From NCBI GenBank assembly GCA_012295275.1, contig CM022665.1:37324001-37388000 (forward strand): a stretch of DNA of 64,000 bases, read 5' to 3'. This document shows, in pieces, positions 13,301 to 27,656 of the stretch. The notes under the pieces are model-generated. The model had not been told where the DNA came from. It saw nothing but the letters and a program-made list of their open reading frames with translations, and searched no databases. This DNA is from Chrysomallon squamiferum. Lineage: Eukaryota; Animalia; Mollusca. The position numbers and the translations under genes are program-made. The number at the start of each line of letters is the position of its first letter. Position 1 is the stretch's first letter.

Positions 13301-16300
13301 GGCATCAAGGCGATATTTGCCCATTCTACTATACCTGCTTGCAGATCCACCACGCACAGATGATCCTGCTCGACTGCTCTGTCCTGACTTCCTAGACCTT
13401 GCAGATGACGTTTCATTTGGCATTTCCCCAAGACCCTTTTGATAGATTTAAAAATATATATATATATATTAATGTTTCTCTGTATCAAGAAAGTTTTAAA
13501 TATTTCAAATCAAAAAAGGTCTAATTACCCCAAAAAAAAAATAAAATACACTGTCATAATTATTACTTAATTTTTTTGTCAGGACTTAGCTTCATTATGT
13601 TGAAGAACACATTTATTTGTTTGTCAAATATAATAATTAAAAAGAGAAAAAACAACTTAAAATGTTAATAAAAACAACTTAATTATTAATAAATAAAAAT
13701 AAATGTTATTTGCAGTGCTTTCCTTTTTAGGCCAAAGATAACACAAAAAAAAATAAAAGAAAAAATGAAAATAAATGTGATTTGTAGCAATCTCTTTCTT
13801 TCTTTTTATTTTTTAGGCCAAAGATAATAAAATATTTCGTTTTTTCACATAACAAGGAAGGAATAATTTCAGTGAATAATTGTGTTTATCAAAAAACCCA
13901 ACAAATTACAAAATTTCTGAAGTTTTTAAATTAAACCTCACCTTCTGTCTGAGATTTTCAACAACATCCTGCACATTTCTAAGTGTATTGGCAGGCAAAT
14001 GTTTACTGAGCATCTTGTCAAAGTCAGAGTGACGCATCAGTATAAACAATATTTTACGACCATAGTATCTGGAAAAGTGATATTTGTATGGGATTTCAAA
14101 GATCAAAAATAATATTAAAATAAAAATTAAAATCTGTGTATGTGTGATTAATGAAAATACATAAACCTACAGATCAGATTATAACTCATGTTCATGTAGA
14201 CTTTGTACCAATTTATAAATTCAACATAAATTAATGATTGCTTAATGAATTATTTATTTTTTTAATTTTTATTAATCTTTAAAAAAACACAAAAACCCCA
14301 TTATACTTAATATATTTTTAACATTTTCATCCTACTGCATTTTATTTATTTATTTACTTGTTTATTACTTTTTTGTTTTGTTGCTTTATGTGAAAAGCAC
14401 AAAACAACAATTAAGAATAATAAACAAACATTACATAAATGTGTTTTGGTTTCTAAAGGGTGAAAAATCATTTCTAACATCTATGCTAAAAGAATGTTGT
14501 CATGGAAAATTATAGCCTGAATACATTCGTGCATGAGCATAAGTGGTTGTTCAACAAATTACACAAGTACAATGATAAAACAGCAGTCTTAAGAAACTAA
14601 ACTGAATCTGTGGTTTGTTATTTAATATTCATAATGTATTATTAGCTAAGTTTGGTTGCTAAAAAAAAAGGTTTATTACCAAATATATTTAGGCAATCTG
14701 AACATACCATCTTATGTACTTATATGACTCTGGTACTAAATATTTTTGACAAATTTAAAATCTAAGATACTCAGTATTACCTTGTGTCCTGTGATCCATC
14801 AGTGACAAACTGAGCCACTGTTGGTATTACACGGTCAGTAATGTCTTTGACTCCACTCAGAATCTTGCCTGGACCCAACTTGTCCACCAGGTATACCAGA
14901 TTCTGGGCTGTCACTTTGCGAACTGCAGAGTTTTTGTGACTGAAATAATAATAATCATAATATCAGTGTCAAGATAAAATCAAAATAATCAAATACAGGG
15001 TTAAGACAAAAACAACTTAAATAAATAAAGGGAAATGTAATTATTATACTATTTAAATGAAAATTAATTAAAAGCAGCCTCATGAAAGTAAAGTTAATGA
15101 TAAATATATCAGGACAGTGTTGCTATCAGTAATATCTAGGATCCAACAAGTTCAGATGAAGTCATGAATCAGCAAACTTCTGATTTGATCTGGAAATATT
15201 AATTAAGCTAAAATGTGCTCAAAATTTAGGTCAGTGTTTGACTTATATTTGCACTTAAGTAATTTCCTTTTCATTTTATCAAATTAAAATGCATTTAACA
15301 ATTTATACTGGTAAATATTTCTCTTAAATTTTTTTAAGGTTCTAAATCTCCCGCAAATCTTAAGACACACTGAACAAAATCAAAAAAAATGTCCACCCTC
15401 ATTATCAAATTATAGATATTACTTTTTAAAATTATTGTCATGTACATTTTCACTCACTGACAAATATTTTATTTACAGGTAAAAGATAAAGCAAGATAAA
15501 ACAAATAACAGGAAAAGATAGTGGAAGATAAAAAAAAAAAAAGTAAAAGGATAACTTACGAGGCTCCTCCATTGATCATTGCCACCAGAGCTTTCTGTAG
15601 TGTTGCATTTTCAACCATATACTTTAGAGCTGTCTCCACATCAGAACGAATGAATGCATTTGTTTCTCCTGATTTGGCTAACAGACATCTGGCAGCCATG
15701 TCAAGATCCTGCAACAACAATAATATATGATTTCACAGAAACAGCACAAAGTTAGTTTATAGAATTTATGAGATTTTCTTAAAAAATTAAAGTTGAAGGT
15801 AAGGTATAAACAAGAAAATATCAAAATCATTTTAAACAACTGTGATCTATAAAAATAACACGACATCAAACTTAAATGATATATATATATATATATAGGA
15901 ACATACCTATCCACAATCAAATTTATTACTATATACAAAATAAATTAATAAACTTTAAAAAAAACCCACCCAAAACCTAACAAATTATTAAAGTTAATCC
16001 AACTTCTTTTTACTGATGATCTTACAGTCCACAAATTAGGACAACAACAGACACATTGTCTTCTGTGACACAAGATCTACAGTGTAATTGTGATAAAAAT
16101 TTCATTCAAATATTATCATGTTTTTAACTCACAGGTTCCATGCTTTTCTTTAAGTAACGAAACATATCTCCCAAAGCCAATATGGCTGCTCTAGACACCT
16201 GAGATCGGAGATTCTTAACCTGCAAAATTAAAAGAAAAATTCTGAGATTTGGAACATTTTTATACTTTATGAGTCACCTGTTTTCATATATTTTGTCATT

Positions 16301-17599
16301 TTTAATAACATTTTTTTGGCACTACAAATTTGAAAATGTGAAAGGATAAAAAAGAAAATAAATAATTACCTCATTTAAAACAAGAAGCAAGACTGCATGA
16401 AGATGATTGTTTAGAATGTCCTGGTGAAATCTCATCAAACGTCTCAGCATACCGAGAGCATTCATTTTCTGTTCCCTGTGTGAAAAAGTGGCATGTTTCA
16501 ATAAACATATCTTTATTAAAGTGGTTAAATTAAATTTATCTTTAGTAAACTTAAGCAGAGATGGATGGGGAGAACTAAAATAGCTGCAACAGAGAAGTAC
16601 ATGCTTGCATTTTTTTTTTTTTTTTTTATTATTATTATTCATGGTTTCTGTGGGTGCTTTGTTTTTTCAAGATTTTCGTTTTTTTTTTTTATTTGATATA
16701 AAAGAAACAGAATATTTTGGGAAGATTATAACTTAATTTTTATCAGTCTTATACACACACAGTTAAAAAAACATCAGCTTATTCATGTTTCTAATCTAAA
16801 GGAAACATGTTGCAGAAAGAAAAAAAAAAAACACAAAAAAAACCAATTCATTTAATTTTAGCCTAAACAGTAAATAACAACCCAGTAAAATACAGGATAA
16901 TGTTACTGTCATTGGCAAACATTATACAGCTTAAGCCAAATGAACAATTAAACTTCAGATACTGTTAATAAAACTGTAGAAACAAAAACAAAGAAAAACC
17001 AATTCTGTCAAATAAAAAATTATTTGTCACTTATCTCAAAGAACAACTGTTGATAATAATGAAGTATGTCATGGAAATTTCTATACAAAATTTATTTCTT
17101 AAGTGTTTTTTTATTATTTTATTTTTATTTTTTTAAAATATTAATGTACATAAGATAAAACATGTTGACAACAAAACTGTAATGGAAAATTCTACAGATA
17201 TCATTCTTCCCAAGCAGTTTTTGTTTTGCTGCAATTGTTTTGTAATTTCAAGGATTTCATACCAGTCTTCATCATTAATTTTCTTCTGTGCTTCCCTCAG
17301 AGCTCCTTCAGGGTCTTTGAATGGCTGCCAGTCCACTGGGTTGTCATCAGTGGGGGACTGAGCTGCAGCTGTCATTGGAAGACTTGATACAGGTTCATTG
17401 ATACTGTAATTATGGAAAGAAAATATAGTGAGTATGATTAACTGTACAGCAACCACAACAGAAGTAATAGAAACAAGTCAGGTACTCTTATTAATAAAAT
17501 TTAAAACAACAACAACAACAAACATTTTTTATAATAATACAGACCAAATAAATGTAATTCTTACAAAGAATAAGAAACAAAAACAATATATGTATGAAC

Positions 17600-17639
<40 letters not shown>

Positions 17640-19141
17640 TAATAATAATAATAATAAAATAAAACTGAAAAAAAAAAAAAAAAAAAGAAACATTAATAAG
17701 AAATAACACATTTAGAAAGACAAAATGAGAAGAAATTAATCATTAGCAAAAATAATGTCTGGTTCTCTTAAAGAAAGAAATTTAAAAATAAGAAAGAAAG
17801 AAAATGAAACAAAAAAAAAAAATAAAAAAATATTTTGGTAAGCCATAATACATTTCAAAATATAAGGTGACAAATAAGCATTTGACACACCCACACATAT
17901 ACTTTGATATAATAGAAAACCATAAATATAGAGAATACTAACAAAACATAGATTTTTCATGGATATAACTTTTATGACCCATTCTTTTTTAATTTCATAT
18001 CTCTTTGTTTACCTTTTAAGAAATTATCTAGAAGAGATTATATATTTATAACAATAAATTATTTCAGAAATCAATACCACATTTTGATGTTACTTTACAG
18101 AATGCTAAATTAATCAATCACAATTCTATTATGCTAGATAAAAAGCAAATGCTGCAGATTTAATTACGTTTTGATCTTGTTCCTTGGTGTCACAGCAGGA
18201 GGCATGGGCTTGGGTGCATTATTACCCTTCGATACATTTGAAAGGTTTGAGCTCGAATTTGATCCAGAAATGGTAAGACCTTAAAAAAATAAAAATTAAC
18301 AAATTATGAAATAGAATTCCACAAGGAAATAAAACTCTGCAGATATTAGGAGCAAAATATAATGTTGCCTGTCTTTTATCTATTTGTTGTTATACATGAC
18401 AGGAAAAACATTTATTTTCAGTTGAAACAAACTATTTTTTTTCTTTGTCAAAACTGACACATACTGTTTAAATACTGTCAAATAAGAAACACAACAAAAT
18501 AATTAACAAACATTTACAGTGTAAACAAAGTTCTGCTACTACTAAACAAACAAACAAACACACACACACACAAATTCTTTCTCTTTCATCATAATGCAGG
18601 ATTTATGAACTCTGAAAGAACAAACAAAAGACTGAAAATATTAATGTCACAGGAAGCAGGAAAGAGCTGGAGAACTAGTAAGATGATGGCAAAGGACAGA
18701 CCAGCTTGCAGGAACGTCACCACTGCTCTCACGCACTACCAGGCAAATGGGCAATGATAATGATATTGATGATGATGATGATCTGCTAGTTCTCAAGCTA
18801 CATTTTATCTGTAACAATATCCTGAATGTGAATAAATCTTACTTTCCAGTCCCATACTGTCTGAACTGCTCAGTCTCCTGAGTTTCTCTTGCTGTCTTTC
18901 CTTCTCTCGTTTCACCTTCTCTTCATGCTCCTGTTTCTTCCTTTCTTTCTCTGCACGTCGCCGCTCTTCCTCTTCTTCCTTCTGCTTCTGCTTCTGCGCA
19001 ATTCTTTCTTTCAGAGTTCTCGTAAAAGTGGAGTTCATATCCTTCAAAAATAATATTAAGATAATAAATATATCCATATGTATCTCTTTCAAAGAGATTA
19101 TTAAAGTAAAATGTCGCTTTGGTGATACAATAAATATATAC

Positions 19142-19172
<31 letters not shown>

Positions 19173-22100
19173 TTTTACCATTAATTAATAATGAAATATA
19201 TCAAAACAGAAAAGTTATTTTTGCTATGATTTGGAACAGTACGTAATATATTCATTAATAAATGAGAAAATGAAAACTTAACTTTTACAATGGTGCGGAA
19301 TATATTAACATCTTTTTATTGTGAGATTATTATTATTAATGTTAATGTTATTGTTACTGTTATAATCATCATCATCATTGTTAAATACCTCTGCAGCATC
19401 ATCTTCAGTGTTCATAGTGTCATTGTATGTATCAGCATTCTGCTTGACTCCAACCCCAATGACACCTGAGGGTATGGCTTTTAGATCATTTCTGTTGTGT
19501 AGTCGTCCAATCTTGCCAACACCAAAACCATTGCTCACTGCACTGTCTGAAGAAATCGGTTGAGTATCAAACATTCCTAAAGAAAAATAATACAATAACA
19601 ATGAGAATAGTTAAATTTTTTTTTTTTAATCAATTAAGTGGAATTAATTGTTCCCAGTCTTCTGCAAATTTATATATATATAAAAAAAAAAACACACCAA
19701 AAAACACCAACAAAACAATAATAATAAAATAAAAACACAACAAAACAAAAATACCAGTAGAAAACGAAACAATTATAAATGTAAGGCTTATTGCTTATTT
19801 TTAATTTTGAAGATCAAGTATATCAGTCTGTAAACAGTATCAAAACAGCAAAGAACTTGAGACAAGTAATTAAAACTGCATAATTTTAGACTAAATGATT
19901 ACTTCATTTTTATTAAAAGCTTCAGAATATAAAAAAAAAAAAAAATAAATAAATAAATAAATAAATGTCTTCTGCTTATATATAAAGCAATAAGTTCATT
20001 TATTTATTTATTACAGAAAGAAAAAAGAGAAAATGTTATTAAGCTTTAATTTATCTAAACGTTTTTTTAATAAATCACTGATAATCTGTTCATTTCTTCT
20101 TATGAGCTCTGCTGAGCTCATTTTCCTTTATTATGAATATAAAATGTAAAAAAAAAAGAGAAAAAAGAAGAACACAACAAAAAACAATATTACTTCTATA
20201 CATCAACTGTATTTTTATAAAGGAACAATTGCTCTATATTATGGATGCCAAAGCAAAGGAATATTCCAAATTATCAGTTTTAAATTTACTGATAACAGAA
20301 AACATATATTTTTATTTGAACAGTATTTTATTTTATAATCACAATCTTCAGAAGTCTTCAGTGTTTACATAAGACAGAATAAAAATAACTGAACTAAAAT
20401 GCCTGAACATAAAAGAAGCGTTAATCTATTTTCTTACTTTCTCTCTCTCTCTCTCTCTCTTTTATTTCAAAGCAACAGAACAATGTAATAGAAATGAAAG
20501 GATGGTTCAAATATGTAAAACAGCACTGTGAAGATTATGAATAAACCAGTTTGACCTCAGGCTAAAGAAACAGCAGTATAAATAAAGTGGGTCATATGAG
20601 AAGAACAATATATTAAAGATAATAAATATAATTTCATCTGGTCTGAAGAAATGGCAACATAAATATATAAAAGAAATGAAAAAATTAATAAACAGTATGT
20701 AATTGTATAAAATCAGTTTCATTTGGCTTAAAGAAATAGTGTAAATAAATATAATGTAATGGCTAAAATGCATACAGCAATATATTAAATATTAAAATCA
20801 GTTCCATCTTGAAGAAGAAACAACAGTATAAATCTATAATGAAAGGCTAATTAAAATGTGTAAAACAACATATTAAATATCAAATAGCACTATAAATATA
20901 TGAAAGAAATTATGGAAGGGTTAAAATGGACAAAGATATTGAGTAAGTGAGTTTAATCTGGTGAGAACAGAAAGCAGTTAGTATTTCTGAAGTAATACAT
21001 ACCCTTTCCCACAAGTGCAATATTGTCCTGACTGGGAACTTTATCGTCATCAATCTCAATGGTACCATACCCATATGGTGAGGCAACACCCAGTGGGGAA
21101 ACCGTAGAGCCTGGAATACAGTGATCAAGCAAGCTCCAAACAGTGCATCACATGCGAAGCAACAAACCAGATAGGTGGTTACACAAACAGTTCTCAACTG
21201 ACAGATCATTAACTGCCACTTCAAACTTAAAATTTTCATTAATTTAAATGTTGATTTTCCCCCCCACATACTAAATAAATTTTTTTTTTTTAAAATCTGA
21301 TTCTTTTCAAAACAAGGAAATAAAACCTAAACTAATCAATAAAACTATATTTTCCTATCCAATATGGATTATAAATGTATGAGCATCTGAAAAAACAAGT
21401 AATATAATTACTCTAGAAACAAAAAGTAAGGTGTAACCACCTGATCCAGTCATGATGAAAATGTAAAATGTGGAGTATAAACACAAACAAAAAACAAATT
21501 ACAACAGTGCAACACACAGTAATTAAAACTACTAAATATCATTAACATTACTTTTATGATTTCCTTTGAAGACCATTAATTTGTATTAACTAGAAAATTG
21601 ATACTCAAAGAATCTTCTATGCTGCCTGCAGTTGGTCATTTGGTGTACTATTTCCCTGAGAGAACTTTATTAATGTTTTTAAGACCATAAATCAACTTTT
21701 AAGGATCATAAAACCAATATTTTTGTCAATAAAATTTCAATGCATATAAAATAACACTGTGCATATCAATAAAAGACATTCTTTGTAATAACAAAGATGG
21801 CAATTTTTTAAAATTTGTCAGGTTCTGAAAATAGCCCTACAACTGAATTTGAGATAGAAGAAACATTTTCAACAGATTTTTCTTTTTTACTTTTTTTCTT
21901 ATTTAAAAAAAAAGAGCAAACAGAATAAAACTGTTGATGAACCAGAATTTCAAATAAAGAACTATATACTCTGCTTTATAAATATTTATTTCTTTTTAAA
22001 ATATAAAATATCCATTAAAGGTTTTAATAAAAAGGGTTTTTGTTAACTATATTTATTCTGGGTTTTTTCCACAATGTATGGTATTACACATGCACATATA

Positions 22101-25100
22101 TATACATATATATATATATATATATGGGTTGTTCTTTAAAACTGGGTATTCTCTAGGTCACTTACTTCGAACAGTCCTTACAAAAATAAAGTTTGCCATA
22201 TGCAATTGATTTTAATTAAAATCATATCTACTTCAGTATTAGAGATAATAAGAATACTATAAGATTAAAAGAAAGTTCGCTTGCATACTTTTATTTAGTG
22301 GATGTGCAAATGGATCAAAATTTCATGCCTTCATATTGTGATATGGTCAACACTGATCTATTGATTTTGGTGTCAACACTTAGTGAAGCAAAGAAAAAAT
22401 TCAACTAGTCATAAGTATGTTGTTTATGATGTAAAAATTACTGTAATAAATTTGTGAATCTGATTAAAATGTTTAACTTGACAATTTAGTAAAATGTCCA
22501 AAGTGATCATTATGTCATGCTCCAAACACAGAATATGAGCTCACAAAAGGTATCTATTTTTAACATGTGACATGCACATTTGCACTGCTATGTAATACAG
22601 GAGATGAGTATAAAACAAATTGACCTTTTTGGATTTCAACAATTTGTGCAGTTATGGTATCCAACTTCAAGTGTTATGATGCACTTTCAAAAAAGAAGGT
22701 TCACACTGAAGTTAGCAATATAACAGTCTATCTTATGTGCAATGAGTCAAGTGAATCAATGGATGCACACAAACATTCACTGAGGTTTTTGTGCATTTCA
22801 TTCATTTAGAACATTACTTTTGAACATTTCCATTTTCAATTCTATGTTATGCAAATGATTCCATCAATAATCCAAGTATCTTGTTGGCACTTGAAGGTAA
22901 GATGCTGTTTTATATTGCATTACTTTACTTGTATACTTTGTGGAGGGTTTCTGAATAATATACTATTTGGAATGGGATCAACACTGAACATGTTTTGGCA
23001 GACTTTTTTTTTAAGTCATAGATTTAAATTTTTTCATTTGATCACTTCTTACAGTAAACAGTAATTTTATTTCACTTCTCACCACCACTGGCTGTTGTTT
23101 TTAATATTATAATTACAACATCTGTTCACTTTTTGTATATTCAGCTGTTCATGATCTTTGCCACAAAACCATGTCCAACCACACTGCAGTAAGACTGCAA
23201 ATCCAAAATCAAGATTAATTCACACTGTTACAACTTTTAATATACTTTTTACTGTCTTGGAAAAATCAGTATTAATTTTAATCTAAAACAATACATTCAT
23301 TTTTATTTTAACTGAAACAAAACATCAAAACTGTCAATAAGAAGTTTACATTTCAGCTGTTAACCAATTCCAAAAATCAGAAGCTGTTCACCTAATTATC
23401 AGCATTTCTGTTAGAATGCATCATACAAGATAGAATCAATGTACAAAAGTGTCAAAGACCACACATTTCACAAAAGAACACCCAGTTTTAGAGAACAACC
23501 TACATATATAAATAAATATTTACATATGCACCAAATTAACAGATTCTGGTGTTAAATGTGGTAAAAACAACACAGGTACATGTAAAACATATATTTTTGT
23601 TTTATCTGGGTTTATGATCAATGAAAGTGTCAGCACTTTGAAAAATATCTTAATACGAGTGACAGTATAGGTATTTAGTATGCTAGGTAAGTGGTGATGT
23701 TTCAAAAAAACTGTTTGATTAATTTCAAACCAGAAAAAGAATAATTCCTTGAAAGATTAATGGTGACAACAAAAACAAGATCAATCATAATGTTGTTGTT
23801 TTTTTGTTTTTTTGTTATTGTGGAGGTTTTTTGTTTAATATTTTTGGGGGATGGAAATGTATGAAATAAAATAAAAAGAAATTAATAACTGTGCTGAAGT
23901 CTTTGTTTAAATTTAGTAAAAAAAAAAAAAAAAATTTAATTTTTTGTTATTTATTTTAAATTAAAAGCTTTCAACCAAAACAAAACTTATTTCTAAGCTC
24001 TTTTTATCAGTCAAAGAATTATTTTTTTTTTTTTTTGGTTTCCCATAACCATAAATATTAGCCACAGTTCTTTTATTATTTTCAAAACAACACATCAAAT
24101 GAGTGAAACATACATACAAATAACAAATTTCAAATGGCACACACCTTTGGTGACTCTTTTCCTGTCTTTAATTTTCATGACAGTATTGAGCTGGGTTGTT
24201 GATCGATCACTCAAGTTTGAAGCAGAAGATTCATCGTTGTATCCTTTGCCGACAATCTGGACGTCAGAGGTCTTGTTTTCACGGAATGTGGCACCACTCA
24301 GAGGATTATAGTTCTGAGATGTGTTACCTTTCTCATCCTGATCAAAACTATCCTTCTTCTTTATGGACCCATTTCGTGCAAGCTTTGGTCTTGCTTCAAA
24401 TGGCGATTCAGTTTTTTTGCTACATAAAATGGAATGAAGAAAAACATGGTGTCAGTGACTTGAGGCGCATCAGATTATATTAAAGGCTAGCTGTGAAAAG
24501 AAGTAATAAGTAGTAACTAATTTTATTCTTTCCGAATCACACTGACATATTCACTAAATACAATATTGTTAATCCTGCAAGCATTATTAACTAACATTCT
24601 TACATCTAAATTATACTGACATATTCACTAAATGCAATATTGTTAATCCTGCAAGCATTATTAACTAACATTCTTACATCTAAATCATATTGACATATTC
24701 ACTACATCAACAAAGGGATTTTACATATAATGTTGCTAATTCTTCATGCATCGTGGACTGATTTGTTTCAGCCAACAAAATAATAATAATTTTGTCGTAA
24801 ATGAATTTAAAAAATGTATAGATATACATAAGAAATAATTATTGTTAACCTTTTTTTCTTGTTGGCTTCACCCTCACGCTTTGAGTAGCTGCTGAACACT
24901 CCACTTTCTTCAAAATTATCAGACAGGGGTGGTGAGGAGGACAAACTCTGGCGACTACTTTGTTTCTCAAGTTTTTCAAAAATCTTCTCTGCTTTCTTTT
25001 TGGAGGCACTGTTTCGTATTTTTCGCAAAGAGTTGAGCATCTGTACGTGAAAAGATAAAATGTGGGAAAAAACATGTATTAAAAAGATAACAATATCATT

Positions 25101-27616
25101 TAAAATATAAAACTATCTGGACTAAATTGGGAAGAGTAAATAGTCATGAATAACTGGAGATGTTACATATCACTAGAGACCAAACATAGGTATGAATTTT
25201 TAAAATGTTTGTTATTATCATTTAAACTTATTTCCCAGTGGTTTATTTTCATTAATGTTGTTAAGTAATTGGATGTAAAAAGAAAACTGCCAATAAATTA
25301 TTTACATGATAATAATAAGTGAAGTATTCCATAAATGTGAGATGCAGTTTTAAATCATTTGAAAAAATAAAAAAATAAAAATAAAAGAAAAAAGCCTCTG
25401 TTAAGTTAAAATGTGGGAAATAAGTATCAAAACTTAATAATAATAAAATTAAAAAAGTAAAAGATGTGTTTTTTTATTTTTTTTTTTTTATTTATTTTTA
25501 CCTCATCCTGACTTTCCTCACGGCTACCTTCCATAGAGGCAGCATATGCACTGTCAACATCATCATCTCTAGGGTGTGATGGTGATGACGATGTTGAAAT
25601 TGGTGGAACTTTGGGTGTGGGTCGCCTTGTTGCTGAACCTCGAGCTAATGCAGGTTTCAAGTTACTTAGAGTTTCATCTTCATCTAATGAAAAAAACAAG
25701 AAAAAATTCAGATGTATTAATATTAATTTTGTTGTTAAAGCTTCCACTTTAAAAGCTGTGTTAAAGACAATGGCAAAATGAATTCTAGTTAGTTTATTAA
25801 TGATCCAACTTCTATGAACCAACAGTTTTTATTTTTGGAATATTCAGTCAGAACCAACCATGTCAAATGTATTACCTCCATTTAATTTTAATGTGGTGAG
25901 CAAATCATAAATTATGAATACAAATAGCATGTACAGACAATAATCTACAAATAAATATCTCAAAGCACAAGTAAAGGCTTAAAAAAAATTGCTTTTCATG
26001 TTAAAAAATAAAACCTTTGAGAGTAATTGTGTCTTACATTTCAAGAGCAGGTTAGACTGAATATTATGAAACCATTATTACATGTTCATTAATAAATAAA
26101 TACTCATGAGCAATGATTTACATGGCTTGTATTCAATCAATACACAATATTGATGGGTTTTTCATTGACTATTTACCTGACACACAAAAACTAAAACAAA
26201 ATCTAATGCATTATTTTCTTCTGAGATAAACAATAGTCAGTTCAAGGTTTGTTTTTGTGTATGCTAATGAGGGCAGGCCAGTAAGAGGTGGACACACTCA
26301 TCATGAACTAGAGTACAAATTCTCAAGATCCAAACTTTTGTGTTGGTGAAGAAAGGAAGAAATGTTTTATTTGGACAAACACTCATCACACTTTCCAGCT
26401 ATGGCAATCATAGAATTATATATGTGGTTAAGGATGAGATATTTGTAAAAAGAAATGAAGCTCACTCCCTCCATACAGTGGTTAACCTTTTTCACAAAGA
26501 GATCTTTTTTATTCACCATTCCATAAACAAGAATGCATATATCAAATGCCAGGTACTAGCTGGGACAAGAAAAAGTCCATTGAGCATGTTAATAAAGACA
26601 GATCTTGTAACATATTTTAACTTAGCTGTGTCCTCTGACCAGTGACAAAGTACCTATCTTCAAATATTTACTGGAAAGGAGGAATGCTAACAAAATGTTT
26701 ACTGGGAAGAAGGACTGTTAACAAAAAAACTCATTTAGAATAAAATCAAAAAAAAAATTTGTTATTCTAATCATCTGAAAACTAAATGGGTGAAAACATC
26801 TTTGCCTTAAAATAACATCACAATCTTTGGATTTTAATCAGCGTTTTGAACAAATACATCAAATCACCATATTACTAAAGAGTAAACAAACAAAAGGATT
26901 TTGTTAATTATAATATGTAACCCTAGTCTTGAAAGAAAAACCATAAAAAAAAAGTCACAGAATAAAAAACAACAACAAAACAAACAAACTTAAAACCAAT
27001 ATAAGCATGAATTTATGAAATCAATAGACGTTAAAACAGTACCATAAAATTGATAACACTTAACAAAACAAACAACTTGCACAAAAAATGGTAAAGTGCA
27101 CATGTGGTGGTCTAATAAACATGAAGTCATCCACTAAATAAATAAATGTGATACAATTAAATGAAATATTACCATCTGTGCTTGGAATCAATTGCTTTCT
27201 GAAGAACATCTACAACACTGACAGTATACTTAGCTTATTGATAAAAAAATGTTCTCCCCAAGTCATAAATTAAAGTAACTTACTTAAGTCGCACTGGAAA
27301 AGGTCTTCTGTGATTTGTAATTTTTTAAAAACCCTTTAGATTTTTTAAAAGCCAAAGTATAAATATCACCAAGTAAGAATAAACTATATAATAATGAACT
27401 TATCACACCCACGCACTCTTTAAAAAAAGATGTGTACTTGATAGTAATAATACAACTTTCCCTCCCAAGAAGTAAATTCATAAAAATTATGCATTTCAAA
27501 TGTATGTGAGTGCATTTATTTACAAAATCAAATTAACAACAACTCAAGGAAAGATTATACCAGCACATTCTACTATGAAAATAAAAACTCAAATATGTTT
27601 TACTTTCTTATTTAAA

Positions 27617-27656
<40 letters not shown>

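Noticed and set aside
17428-17711. ORFs rich in K, N, F or L (also 32738, 59162, 61247 and similar)
   Set aside because: They are translations of poly-A and (TAA)n microsatellites, with no splice support.
22300-23240. Possible decayed DNA-transposon (hAT-like) remnant in intron 8
   Set aside because: The sequence is more complex than its flanks, but I could not identify a sustained frame, terminal inverted repeats or target-site duplication. It needs a Dfam or tBLASTx search.
26340-26645. 101-aa ORF on +
   Set aside because: It coincides with a degraded SINE-like copy, starts at a non-ATG codon and has no protein features.
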